From an uncultured bacterium (GTDB lineage: Bacteria > Verrucomicrobiota > Verrucomicrobiia > Verrucomicrobiales > Akkermansiaceae): a DNA stretch of 64,000 nt. The stretch covers positions 1,871 to 65,870 of the forward strand of contig CAMEZO010000002.1 in NCBI GenBank assembly GCA_945947905.1, in the 5' to 3' direction. How positions within the stretch are numbered: the first letter of the stretch is position 1; every line of letters starts with the position of its first letter. Below the pieces are notes generated by a model. That model was not told the origin of the DNA. It did no database searches and worked only from the letters and a program-made list of their open reading frames with translations. Position numbers and translations under genes: made by a program. Shown here in pieces: positions 24,849 to 34,820 of the stretch.

Positions 24849-27800
24849 ATGAAACTCCGTCTTCCTCTCCTCCTCCGCTTGGCTTTGTTGTCTACTGCTG
24901 CCGCCTACACGCTCGGCAGCGGCTGCCTCTTCGCTGATGATGCGCCCGCCGATGCCGCGCAGGACGACCCCATCGCCGAGGCCGTGGACGAGGAAGAAAG
25001 CGACAGCCCCGCCATCGGCTTCGAGGGCTATACCGAGTCTCAGTTGGTGGATATTCAGTCATCCGACTCCGCAGGCTCCGTCATCCGGCAGATGCTGGAG
25101 AACTCCACCACGGGCGCGGTTGCCAACGTGGGAACCACCTCCTCCACCTCCAACGGCGCCACCACCGCCGCCGAATCCCCCGCGCTCACCCTCACGGCCC
25201 CCGCCGAGCCCGTGACCGACACCTCCCTGACCACCTCCACCCTTTCCGATTCCGCCGGCGAGGGGGCTGTCGCCCCCTTCTTCAGCGCTGAAGAAGCCGC
25301 CGCTCTCGTTGTCGCAAGCCCTGCAACGAGTACACCCTCCCTTAAAAACACCTCAACAGCCACCCTCTCCTCGTCCGACGCATCGGACGAAACTACCTCT
25401 TCCGTGGCTGCTAACGGTGCCTCCTCCTCCATCGCCTCCGTAGGCTCTGCCGGCGGCGCCGGCGCCTCTTCCGGTGGTGGTTCTGCTTCCTACTCCATCA
25501 CCTCCTCGGCCCCCGATAGCTCTTCCTCCCTCGTCATCACCACCCCCACCGACGACACCTCCTCCGACCCCATCGCCGACGACACCTCCTCCGACCCCAT
25601 CGCCGAGGATGTCCTCGAAGACTCCACCACCGAGGACACCACCACCACTTCCACCCTCTCGGATTCTTCTGCCTCCACCCTTGCCGGCACATCCTCTACC
25701 TCCGCCACCATCCGCACCCTCCCGGCGTTGAAACTGCTGGGCGCGACGGAGACATCGACTCAGGGAACAGTTAAGGTTGATGGCGTTGATAGACCATCCG
25801 GTGAAAAATCCGATAAAGGTGTGCAGTTTTTGTATGGCAAGATGGGTGGTAGCGGAGATGATGTCAATATCATTTATTTACATAATGACCCGTCAACCTA
25901 TCCCAGCGTTGTCGAAGTAGACGCTAATTCGTTTTATATTTGCCCGAATAACAAAAGTCCCAAGTTCAGTATAGGGGCTCTCAAAACTGATACCCCTGCG
26001 GCTACTGTTAAAATCCAAAATAACGAGTGGAGCGGGAATGAAAATTCTACGCTGACCCTCACTCTGGATACTCTTTCCGTCAACGGCTCGGCTTCATTGG
26101 AAGTCAACCAGACTCGCACCGGCGCAATTACCGTTTCCATAGGTAAGGTGGCGAATAGCTCAACGGAGTCCACAACGGGTCCTCTTCTCACCAGCGTCAA
26201 AAACTCCGGAACGCTTAATCTGGGTACAAACGCCTCCGGAGAAGGGGAGTCAAAAGTTACAGCGTCGTCCATTTCCATTGGCTCTCTGACGAACAGCGGC
26301 ACGATGACTCTGAATGGAGAGACGACCATTACGGAGAAGCTGACAAACACCGGTACGTTGACGGTAAATAGTGGCGCGACTCTTGTCGGAAAGATTGATT
26401 CAACAGGGACACTGAAGTTGGATGGTGTATGGGATCTTCGCGGTCAAGATAATATGATTAAAGATGGTACCGACCGTCTCGAGACACAGCTTAGAAAGAT
26501 CAATGCGGGTTCCGGAACTGTTAAGGTTAAGGCTGACGGTGCGTATGTTTTCATGCAAGATTATGCCTTGGGTGGACTGTCGCTGGAATTTAGCGGTACC
26601 AGTACCAGTGTCGCTGAGATTAACGGCTATGGATATAAAGACGGTAGTTCCGAGGTCACTGTTGGTGTCGGTTCCCAAGTTAAGACAGGAGGGAATCTGC
26701 GCATTGAATCCAAAGCTACCCTCCTTGTATCCGGAGGAACTGTAAATTGCGGCGGAACCTTGCAGTTAGGGCACGAAGAGACTGGTACAAATGGCAAAAA
26801 TTACGGTCGTTTGACTGTTGCGGAGGGTGGTCACTTGACTGCGGCGAGTATAGGGCAAACGGGAAATCAATATTCCGTGGTCAAGGATGGGAATTTGTTT
26901 ACCATGACAGGAGGAAAATTGACTATTACCTCTGCGATAAATGATGCAATATCGAAGGTTTATACTGTGATTTCCGGGGGTACACTCGATACGTCGCAGG
27001 CCGCTTGGGGAATTAAAGGTAATGGTGACGGGAGTGTGAGTGTGGGCGGTGTAACTGTTTCCGATGCCTATACGACAGAGGAGGGGACGACAGCCTACAG
27101 CCGCAACGCCCTGACATTGACCGGAGCGAACATTACCGGCAACATCAGCTTGGCAGGGAAGGCTGACTTGAACCTGAAGAACGTGACGGTCACCGGGGAG
27201 GATGTCACAGTGGGGGGCGATAACCGAACGATCAGTGTGGCCGAGGGCAGTCTGACTGTTGAGAAGTCTGTTACGACAAAGGGGCTTTTGCAGGTTCAGG
27301 AGAATGCAACCCTGAAACTCAACAACGCGGATACGACGGTGACCACCATCACGAACCGGGACGGTTCTACGGAATCTGCCGCGATTACCGGTGGTAGTGT
27401 GTCGATGACATATGATACTGCTGATAATAAGGGCGTCATCTCCGGGGCGACAATCAGCAATGCTGCAATTGATGTGTCACAGCGGAGTGTGTTGGCGCTT
27501 TCGAACTCTACGCTCGATAGCGGAGTAATTACCCTGAACAGCAATGCTGTGCTCGAGTTGGCCGCTTCAGTCAACGGGACTCTTACCGGTAGTATCGTGT
27601 CTGCTGAAAATGCTACGGAAACGACGCTTCGGGTGAGTGGCTCCGCCGTTGAGACCTTGATCGGGACGGTGAATGTGGCTGCAACGGAGGTTCAATCCGG
27701 TACATTAACCCTGAGCGGCGATAGCATTGCGCACAGCCTGGGGGCTGTGACGGTGGGGAGCAACGCTGCACTGAACGTTGAAGGAAGTTCGCAGACCCTG

Positions 27801-29900
27801 AACTTGAGTGCTGTGGTGCAGAACCAAGGAACCCTGAGCCTCGGTGGTGTTTCTACATTGACATTCACGGTGTCGGATGTGTTCGATAGCTTCTCGTACA
27901 CAGATACAGTAACCGGAGCCGGGGCGAAGAATGGGTTTATCGACCGGTATTGGCTCATTCGGAACAGCGGAAGCGGGACGATGAGTGGACTTGCAGTTTC
28001 GGCGGTGACCGTCAACAGTACTTCCAAGAATGCTATATCTGAAACAACCGGTCTGTATGCCGCAGTGGAGGCAGCAGATCTTGGGTTGACGGATGGTACC
28101 GACCTGAACAACATCTACGTTGTCAACGAGGGCAATGTGGTCTACGATGCAGACTCGAATAGTTCCGGAGCTTCCGCCGTGAAGCAGCTTTGGCTGACGG
28201 GTGGCACGCTGGCATTGGATCAGTCCGATATTAAGTCCGGGGTGGGTGTGCATGTGAAGCAAGACAGCACGGTGAATATCGGAGCTGATCGCACCTTGAC
28301 GGATTCACAGGTGGCCTCTGTTGCGAGCGGGAAAACGCTGACTCTGACGGGTTCGGGAACCTATAGTTTGGCAGTTGATCAAATAGGCGAGACCGCATTG
28401 TTGACATCGGGGGTCGCATTGGCCACGGGTGAAAGCGGTTTCACGGGGACGGTATTGTTGAACAAGGGCACGACCTTGAACGGAACGGATTTGAGCGCGT
28501 TGACCAACGGCAGTTACTCCTCCGTGACAATGAACGGCGTGTCCGGGACGCTGAAATCCGGTGACATCAGCACGAATTTGGTGTTGAAGAACCATGTTGA
28601 TACCGGAAGTGCCGATATTGTAGCTTTGTCGCTCGAAGGAGGTGGAGCGAATATCAATTTCAACGGGGCTATCAGCGGTACCGGAGAGATGAAGATCGCT
28701 CCGAGCGATGCCGCCGCCGAGAATACTCTTATTTTCTCCGGTGATGTAAGCGGATGGACGGGTAAGTTGGAGGTATTCAAAGGTATAGCGAACGTGACAT
28801 TTACCGGAGAGGCCAAGGAGATCAATGCCTACGTTGCTGATACGTTTAGTGATTCTGTGCTGAATATGGTAGTCGATGCCTCGGAGGGCAGGAGTTTCAC
28901 TCAGGGCATTTCGGCGGATACCTTGCGGTTGACAAATGGAACGGAAGGCAAGGTTGTCGATGTGTCAGGTGGTTCCTATATTGTTTCTGCGAAGACAGAC
29001 CTGACAGAGAGTAATGTCATTCTGCAAGTCAAAGGAACAGGGTCTGAGGATAGTAATCTGTATAGCTCTCTTACAGAGTTGGCCTCTGATGGTTCCTCCG
29101 GCATTAATATCTCCGATAGTGAAAAGACTTTGACGAAGATTCGGACTAATACACAAGATGCTTCAAGCTCCGGAAACGCAACTCTTTCATCCTGCACGTT
29201 TACTTATAATAATTCCACCGCAAAGATCTCGGGATCTACCATCGACCGGGCGGTCATTGATGTGGTGAACGGCAGCACCTTGGAATTGAGCGGTGTGGTG
29301 CTCACGAATTCCTGTTGGGTGCGTGATGATGACGCGAGTACCCCGGCGCCTACCGGGAAATTGGTTTTAGACGGGGTGGAGCTGCAGATGGCTAAGGGGA
29401 CCGCGAGCACGGAGGATGGCTCGGGGGTGGCCCTGACGCTCACCGGCGGCACGACGGCAGCTAAGAATGCTGATGGTTCGGCGAAGACGCTTACCGGAAA
29501 GGTCTATGTGATGGATCTCACCCAGATCTCCGATTTTGCCACTATCTCGGGCAGCGGGAATGGGCTGACCCTGAACTTCGATACATACGGGAATGGCTTT
29601 GCAGAGCTTTATGAGACCCTGAAGGGCTATGATTATGTCGCTGTGAAGTTCAGCGATGATGTGCTCTCGGTAGACTTCGAGACCCTGAAAGTGACCTCAA
29701 AGATTACAAACGGCCAGAATGCCGAGGCAACATCGCAGGGCTACTATTACAATAACAACGGCGCCAGCGGTGTGGTGGTTTACTTCGATGCTATCGCTCT
29801 GCCGGAGCCGACGACGAGCACTCTGGGCCTGCTGGCCTTGGCGGCCCTCTGCGCACGGCGCCGTCGCTCCCGCACCCGCGCGCACGCCGAGCATGCATAG
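24849..29900 (+). CDS. Large PEP-CTERM surface protein (Ser/Thr-rich linker plus beta-helix-like passenger), 1683 aa
   Basis: Leader MKLRLPLLLRLALLS, S/T/D-rich stalk, Gly/Thr/Ser beta-rich repeats, C-terminal LPEPTTSTLGLLALAALCARRRR. Confidence 0.88.
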   Translation: MKLRLPLLLRLALLSTAAAYTLGSGCLFADDAPADAAQDDPIAEAVDEEESDSPAIGFEGYTESQLVDIQSSDSAGSVIRQMLENSTTGAVANVGTTSSTSNGATTAAESPALTLTAPAEPVTDTSLTTSTLSDSAGEGAVAPFFSAEEAAALVVASPATSTPSLKNTSTATLSSSDASDETTSSVAANGASSSIASVGSAGGAGASSGGGSASYSITSSAPDSSSSLVITTPTDDTSSDPIADDTSSDPIAEDVLEDSTTEDTTTTSTLSDSSASTLAGTSSTSATIRTLPALKLLGATETSTQGTVKVDGVDRPSGEKSDKGVQFLYGKMGGSGDDVNIIYLHNDPSTYPSVVEVDANSFYICPNNKSPKFSIGALKTDTPAATVKIQNNEWSGNENSTLTLTLDTLSVNGSASLEVNQTRTGAITVSIGKVANSSTESTTGPLLTSVKNSGTLNLGTNASGEGESKVTASSISIGSLTNSGTMTLNGETTITEKLTNTGTLTVNSGATLVGKIDSTGTLKLDGVWDLRGQDNMIKDGTDRLETQLRKINAGSGTVKVKADGAYVFMQDYALGGLSLEFSGTSTSVAEINGYGYKDGSSEVTVGVGSQVKTGGNLRIESKATLLVSGGTVNCGGTLQLGHEETGTNGKNYGRLTVAEGGHLTAASIGQTGNQYSVVKDGNLFTMTGGKLTITSAINDAISKVYTVISGGTLDTSQAAWGIKGNGDGSVSVGGVTVSDAYTTEEGTTAYSRNALTLTGANITGNISLAGKADLNLKNVTVTGEDVTVGGDNRTISVAEGSLTVEKSVTTKGLLQVQENATLKLNNADTTVTTITNRDGSTESAAITGGSVSMTYDTADNKGVISGATISNAAIDVSQRSVLALSNSTLDSGVITLNSNAVLELAASVNGTLTGSIVSAENATETTLRVSGSAVETLIGTVNVAATEVQSGTLTLSGDSIAHSLGAVTVGSNAALNVEGSSQTLNLSAVVQNQGTLSLGGVSTLTFTVSDVFDSFSYTDTVTGAGAKNGFIDRYWLIRNSGSGTMSGLAVSAVTVNSTSKNAISETTGLYAAVEAADLGLTDGTDLNNIYVVNEGNVVYDADSNSSGASAVKQLWLTGGTLALDQSDIKSGVGVHVKQDSTVNIGADRTLTDSQVASVASGKTLTLTGSGTYSLAVDQIGETALLTSGVALATGESGFTGTVLLNKGTTLNGTDLSALTNGSYSSVTMNGVSGTLKSGDISTNLVLKNHVDTGSADIVALSLEGGGANINFNGAISGTGEMKIAPSDAAAENTLIFSGDVSGWTGKLEVFKGIANVTFTGEAKEINAYVADTFSDSVLNMVVDASEGRSFTQGISADTLRLTNGTEGKVVDVSGGSYIVSAKTDLTESNVILQVKGTGSEDSNLYSSLTELASDGSSGINISDSEKTLTKIRTNTQDASSSGNATLSSCTFTYNNSTAKISGSTIDRAVIDVVNGSTLELSGVVLTNSCWVRDDDASTPAPTGKLVLDGVELQMAKGTASTEDGSGVALTLTGGTTAAKNADGSAKTLTGKVYVMDLTQISDFATISGSGNGLTLNFDTYGNGFAELYETLKGYDYVAVKFSDDVLSVDFETLKVTSKITNGQNAEATSQGYYYNNNGASGVVVYFDAIALPEPTTSTLGLLALAALCARRRRSRTRAHAEHA
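25549..25602 (+). repeat. 27-bp in-frame tandem duplication in the stalk
   Basis: CCGACGACACCTCCTCCGACCCCATCG x2 (DDTSSDPIA x2). Confidence 0.9.
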
Positions 29901-30375
29901 CCTTGAGCAGACTTCACACCGCTGTGGTAGAAGCTCCCGAGAAGTTTCTGATCGCGGAATAAAGGGAATTTTCGGAGAGGGAGAGGCATGCATAGCCTTG
30001 AGCAGACTTCATACCGCCGTAGTGGGAGAACCCGAGAGGTTGCTGACCGCGGAATAAAAGGAATTTTCGGAGACTGTATATCATGCTGCTCTCAGTCAAG
30101 ACGTCAGAGCATATTCATTGTAGGTAGCTTCAGAATTTTATTAAAATAACCAAGGAGCCTACCACCCCGGCGGCATGCAGTCTGTACCAAGCCAAGCATA
30201 CCACCGACTCTCCAAAAATTCCTTTTATTCCGCGGTCCTCCAACTCCCGCTTCCAACCATCCCGGCGGCATGCAGTCTGCATCGCGCTAAGCACGCTGTC
30301 AACTCTCCCAAAAATTCTTTTTATTCCGCGGTCCTTTAACTCCCGCTTCCTACCACCCCGGCGGCATGAAGTCTG
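29891..30375. repeat. Composite palindromic repeat, copy 3
   Basis: Motif A at 29908 and 30003, motif B at ~29948 and 30042, core at 30072-30164, inverted motif A at 30170, 30265, 30361 (95/96-bp steps). Confidence 0.9.
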
Positions 30376-30430
30376 CCACCCCTTTGCTCCTTCTGCGTTC
30401 GGTTTTTGAGGGGGCGGTGGAGATTTTCTC

Positions 30431-30459
30431 TTTACAGCGAGGCGGGGCGGGGGTATAAT
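30431..30459 (+). promoter_or_regulatory. Promoter of sulP
   Basis: TTTACA-17 nt-TATAAT. Confidence 0.75.
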
Positions 30460-30478
30460 GCGGGTCTGACGCACAGCC

Positions 30479-32188
30479 ATGCATTATCCCAGCCTCATCA
30501 GCACGCTCAAGAACTACGACAAGAAGAAATTTACTGCGGATTTAACGGCCGGGATCACGGTAGGCGTGGTAGCGCTGCCGCTGGCGATAGCCTTTGCGAT
30601 TGCCTGCGGCGTGAAAGAAATCACCCCCGCCTCCGGCCTGATCACGGCGGTGGTGGCCGGCTTCATGATCTCCCTGTTAGGCGGAAGCAAGTTCCAGATC
30701 GGCGGCCCGACGGGCGCCTTCGTGGTCCTGATCGCCGGCGTTGCGGGCAGCTACGGCATCCAAGGCCTGATCCTCTGCACCCTGATGGCAGGCATCTTCC
30801 TCATCCTCTTCGGCCTGGCGCGATTGGGCGCCCTCATCAAATACATCCCGTACCCCGTCACGACCGGCTTCACCTCCGGCATCGCCGTCACGATCCTGAC
30901 CACCCAGGTACGCGACCTGCTGGGCCTGACGATCGAAGGCGAGATACCCGCCGCCTTCATCCCCCGCTGGGGATGTTATTTAGAAAACCTCGGCAGCATC
31001 AACCCCTGGGCGGTCGGCCTCTCCGCGCTGACCCTGGCCGTCATCCTCCTGACCCGCCGCCTGTTCCCGCGCGCCCCCTTCATGCTCGTGGGCATGCTGG
31101 TCGCCACCGCCCTCTGCGCCTGCTTCGACCTCCCCGTCGAGACCATCCAATCCCGCTTCGGCGAGCTGCCCACGGGCCTCCCCGAGCTGCGGATGCCCGA
31201 GTTTGAATGGGCCGCGCTGCCCGCCCTGGTCAAGCCCGCCTTCATCATCGCCCTGCTCGCCGCCATCGAATCCCTGCTCAGCGCCAGCGTGGCGGACGGC
31301 ATGACCGGCAGCCGCCACCACCCGAACACCGAACTCATCGCCCAAGGCGCGGGCAACATCGCCTCCGCCCTCTTCGGCGGCATCCCCGCCACCGGTGCGA
31401 TTGCCCGCACCGCCACCAACATCCGCGCCGGCGCCAAGAGCCCCGTCTCCGGCCTGGTGCACGCCGTCACCCTGCTGCTCATCCTCCTGCTCGCCGGCCG
31501 CTACGCCGGCATGGTACCGCTCGCCGCGCTGGGGAGCATCCTGCTGCTGGTATGTTGGAACATGGCGGAAGTCGACACCTTCCTGCACCTGCTGAAAGGC
31601 CCGCGCCGGGATGCTGCGGTGCTCTGCATCACCTTCATCCTCACCGTGCTGGTCGACCTGGTGGTGGCCGTGGAAGTCGGCGTGGTGCTGGCGTCCCTCC
31701 TCTTCATCGGCCGCATGGCACAGATCAGCAACGTGGCCTCCATCAGCGCCGAGATCATGGGCGAAGACCCCGACGAGATACCCGCCCGCTCCCGCTACCT
31801 GCGCTATGTGCCGGATAACGTTGAAATCTTCGACGTGCAAGGCCCCTTCTTCTTCGGCGCGGTGGAGCAGTTCAAGGACATCGTCTTCAAGACCCTGGAG
31901 CACAACATCGAATACGTGTTACTGCGCCTGCGCCTGGTTCCCGCGCTGGATGCCACGGGCCTGCATGTGCTTGAGGACTTCCTGGAGTACTGCCACCGGC
32001 ACAACATCACCCTGCTGCTCTGCGGTGTGCAACCCCAGCCGATGAAAGTCATCAACCGCGACTTCCCCTTCCTGAACGACCTGCACAAAGAAAACATCTG
32101 TGAAGACATCGACGCCGCCCTGGCCCGCATTCAGGAGCTGGAGACGCAGAAGATGCTCGTGCATCTGCACGCCCCCGCCGAGCCCTGA
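30479..32188 (+). CDS. SulP/SLC26 family anion or dicarboxylate transporter with STAS domain
   Basis: DLTAGITVGVVALPLAIAFA, GGSKFQIGGPTGAF, ESLLSA, GGIPATGAIART and a C-terminal STAS (FFFGA, LDATG). Confidence 0.93.
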   Translation: MHYPSLISTLKNYDKKKFTADLTAGITVGVVALPLAIAFAIACGVKEITPASGLITAVVAGFMISLLGGSKFQIGGPTGAFVVLIAGVAGSYGIQGLILCTLMAGIFLILFGLARLGALIKYIPYPVTTGFTSGIAVTILTTQVRDLLGLTIEGEIPAAFIPRWGCYLENLGSINPWAVGLSALTLAVILLTRRLFPRAPFMLVGMLVATALCACFDLPVETIQSRFGELPTGLPELRMPEFEWAALPALVKPAFIIALLAAIESLLSASVADGMTGSRHHPNTELIAQGAGNIASALFGGIPATGAIARTATNIRAGAKSPVSGLVHAVTLLLILLLAGRYAGMVPLAALGSILLLVCWNMAEVDTFLHLLKGPRRDAAVLCITFILTVLVDLVVAVEVGVVLASLLFIGRMAQISNVASISAEIMGEDPDEIPARSRYLRYVPDNVEIFDVQGPFFFGAVEQFKDIVFKTLEHNIEYVLLRLRLVPALDATGLHVLEDFLEYCHRHNITLLLCGVQPQPMKVINRDFPFLNDLHKENICEDIDAALARIQELETQKMLVHLHAPAEP

Positions 32189-32257
32189 GTGCGCGCCGGC
32201 ACAATATGTCCGGGATTTTGCTTGCACCCGGCGCGGCGGCGTGCTACAATGCGCCCC

Positions 32258-32782
32258 ATGAAGAGCGGCGCGATAGGAATACTGATGATGACCCTGACGC
32301 TGGCGACAGCCCCGGCGGTGATGGGGCAGAGTGCTGACCTGGTGGGCGGGGCCCGCGACAGTGTGCGCGTGATGCGGCACCCCAACGGTGCGCGGTCCAT
32401 CTACAGCCGGCAGAGCAACATGAAAGGCATGCGCTGCAGCACCTACCAATCCGACGGACGCCTGGTAGCGGTGAACGACTACATCGAAGGCCGCAACGGC
32501 GAGCTGGTAGCCTGCAACATCTACGACCACACCAAGCGCAACATCATCTACCGCGTGGCCTACGGCTATGACTCCTCCGCCAAGCTGATCGAGGAACGCA
32601 TGTACACCAACCCCGAGGGTAAGTTGGTGCAGCGCGTAATCTATAAATACGACGCAGACGGCAAGCGCTCCAAACCCATTATCGTCTCCCTGAACCCCGC
32701 TGCCGCCAAGAAAGCCATAGCCCCCACCATGAGCGGCGAGGTGGAGAGCATGCACCGCCAACTCAAAAACGGCAAACGCTGA
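32258..32782 (+). CDS. Secreted hypothetical protein with YD-like beta repeats
   Basis: Signal peptide; YGYDSSAK and YKYDADGK. Promoter TTGCAC-17-TACAAT lies 7 nt before ATG 32258. Confidence 0.65.
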   Translation: MKSGAIGILMMTLTLATAPAVMGQSADLVGGARDSVRVMRHPNGARSIYSRQSNMKGMRCSTYQSDGRLVAVNDYIEGRNGELVACNIYDHTKRNIIYRVAYGYDSSAKLIEERMYTNPEGKLVQRVIYKYDADGKRSKPIIVSLNPAAAKKAIAPTMSGEVESMHRQLKNGKR

Positions 32783-32788
32783 ACGAAG

Positions 32789-33082
32789 ATGGAAACATTC
32801 TCCTGGCAGGACCGCGATGAAAGCGGCAACAAAGTCATCTACGAGGCCGCCTACTTCGGCGGCTGGTGGCAGCTCACCGTAGCGCCCAAGGTCGGGCGCT
32901 CCCAACGCGACGAGGTCGAATTCGTGCCCGCCGAGTTTACCCCGGAGATATGGCAGGCCCTGCGCGACCTGCTGTGGCGCAAGTACCAACGCCGCCGCGT
33001 CTCCTGGGACCTGGTGCAGCATGTGGACGACATCCTGGCCGGCAAGGCCGTGAACGAACGCAGAGACAGGAGGCACAAATGA
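32789..33082 (+). CDS. Hypothetical protein
   Basis: 97-aa Trp-rich ORF with host codon usage, coupled to mazG. Confidence 0.7.
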   Translation: METFSWQDRDESGNKVIYEAAYFGGWWQLTVAPKVGRSQRDEVEFVPAEFTPEIWQALRDLLWRKYQRRRVSWDLVQHVDDILAGKAVNERRDRRHK

Positions 33083-33900
33083 CGGAAGACGAAATGATCA
33101 ACTGCCGCGAACCCGAGCGGCAGGTAGAGCGCGCGGTGGCCATCATGCACCGCCTGCGGCAACCCGGCGGCTGCCCCTGGGACGCCGAGCAGACCCACGA
33201 AAGCATCCTGACCAACCTGGTGGAAGAATGCTACGAGTGCATCGATGCCCTCCGCGAGCGCGACTGGGCGCATGTGCGCGAGGAGCTGGGCGATGTGCTG
33301 CTGCAGGTGATTTTCCACGCCGAGCTGACGCAGGAAAACCCCGAGGCCGCCTTCGGCCTGAACGAGATCGCCTGCGAGCTCTCCGATAAGCTGGTGCGGC
33401 GGCATCCCCATGTGTTCGGGAACGCCGATGCCAAGGACACCGACGCCGTGCTGACGCAGTGGGACCGCATCAAACGCCGCGAGCATGCCAACGAGGACAA
33501 GCCCTACCTGCAGGACTGTGGCAAGGGGCTGCCCGCGCTGATGAAGGCCTACAAGCTCACCAAAAAAGTGGCCAAAGTGGGCTTCGACTGGCCCACGGAC
33601 GACGGCGTGGTGGACAAGATACGCGAGGAGACCGCCGAGGTGCAGGAGGCCCTGGCCCTGCCTGCGGGGCATCCGCATGTGGAGGAGGAGCTGGGCGACC
33701 TGCTCTTCGTGGTCGTGAACCTCTGCCGCCGCCGCGGGGTGAACCCCGAGATGGCCCTGGCCGCCGCGAATGCCAAGTTCGAGCGCCGCTTCAACCGCCT
33801 GGAGCAGATCGTGAAAGGGCAGGGGATGAGCCTGGCCGAGGCCTCCGCCGAGCAGATGGAAGCGGCCTGGCAGCAATGCAAGCGCGAGGAAAAGCCATGA
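33079..33900 (+). CDS. mazG: Nucleoside triphosphate pyrophosphohydrolase
   Basis: LRQPGGCPWDAEQTHES, EELGDVLLQVIFHA, KLVRRHPHVF, GFDW and a second EELGDLLF motif. Start ATG 33079. Confidence 0.95.
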   Translation: MTEDEMINCREPERQVERAVAIMHRLRQPGGCPWDAEQTHESILTNLVEECYECIDALRERDWAHVREELGDVLLQVIFHAELTQENPEAAFGLNEIACELSDKLVRRHPHVFGNADAKDTDAVLTQWDRIKRREHANEDKPYLQDCGKGLPALMKAYKLTKKVAKVGFDWPTDDGVVDKIREETAEVQEALALPAGHPHVEEELGDLLFVVVNLCRRRGVNPEMALAAANAKFERRFNRLEQIVKGQGMSLAEASAEQMEAAWQQCKREEKP

Positions 33901-34817
33901 GCCGCCCGCCGCTCCGCCGTTTGCTGCTCCCCGCCGCGGGCCTGCTGGCTGCGGCCTGCACCACCGTGCACACCGAGGAGGTGCAGCTGCGCGCCGGCTC
34001 TACCCCCGCCGCTATGAACGCCCCGGAGGGCAACCCCTTGCTCGTCAACCGGCAGGATGCCGACGCCATCAACTACAACGTCTCGACCTCCGAGGAGCTG
34101 GAGCAGATCGACAACGGCGCGGAGGGCGAGGTCTACTTCACCGACCCGACCAACCCGGACAAGGTGATCGAGGGCATCGAAGCCGCCTTCGCCGCCCGCC
34201 GCAGCGGCAACGGCTGGCTGGAGGACTACGCTGCCGCCACGCGCCTGAGCCGCCGCAAGCAGCGTCCCCTGCTCATCTGGTTCCATGATTCCGTGCTGAG
34301 CCCCAAGAGCAAGCAACTGGGCGCGGCCCTGCTGAACACCGCCAAGTTCAACACCTGGTGCAACGACCGCATCATCCGCCTGAAGCTGGACAGCGGCGCC
34401 GAGGTGGAGGGCAACGGCAAGACACCCAAGTACAGCCGCAGCCGCATCCGCAACCTGGCCCGCAGCTACGGGCTTACCAAGACGCCCGCCCTGGCCGTCA
34501 TCGCGCCGAACGGTAAGCTCATCGCCTCCGTGAACGGCTTCGACGGTTTTCAGGAGACCGTGCAGGAGACCATCGAAAAGGGGGTGGAGGACGGCTACAA
34601 GGAGATAGCCGCCGCCCGCAAGCGACTGGAGGCCAAGGGCTACCGCGACTGGAGCACCGCCGATGCCAAGATGGAGACCTTCGCCAAGTTCCATCGCTAC
34701 GATTCGGGCAGCGGTAACGTCTACCTCAAACAGCCGGGGGGCAAGATTACCCGGGTGAAGCTGGACCGCCTCCGCCAGCCGGATATCGACTTTGTGGAGG
34801 CGCAGAACAAGCACTGA
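33897..34817 (+). CDS. Lipoprotein with thioredoxin-like fold and C-terminal SHD1-like domain
   Basis: Lipobox LLAAAC; WLEDY...PLLIWF; RSYGLTKTPAL; C-terminal YRDWST...VYLK...VKLDRL. Confidence 0.7.
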   Translation: MSRPPLRRLLLPAAGLLAAACTTVHTEEVQLRAGSTPAAMNAPEGNPLLVNRQDADAINYNVSTSEELEQIDNGAEGEVYFTDPTNPDKVIEGIEAAFAARRSGNGWLEDYAAATRLSRRKQRPLLIWFHDSVLSPKSKQLGAALLNTAKFNTWCNDRIIRLKLDSGAEVEGNGKTPKYSRSRIRNLARSYGLTKTPALAVIAPNGKLIASVNGFDGFQETVQETIEKGVEDGYKEIAAARKRLEAKGYRDWSTADAKMETFAKFHRYDSGSGNVYLKQPGGKITRVKLDRLRQPDIDFVEAQNKH

Positions 34818-34820
34818 CCC

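Noticed and set aside
23306-24852. Short ORFs across the repeats (e.g. ...DRGIKGIFGESVACIA...), also at 29697-30480
   Set aside because: They are translations of the non-coding 95-bp unit; the period is not a multiple of 3 and frames are inconsistent between copies.
24940-25740. Low-complexity C-rich repeats as a separate element
   Set aside because: Explained by the Ser/Thr/Asp-rich stalk of the PEP-CTERM protein.
23287-30375. CRISPR array interpretation of the motif A/B repeats
   Set aside because: Linkers are related to each other rather than unique spacers, units occur in both orientations around a core, the period is 95 bp, and no cas genes are present.
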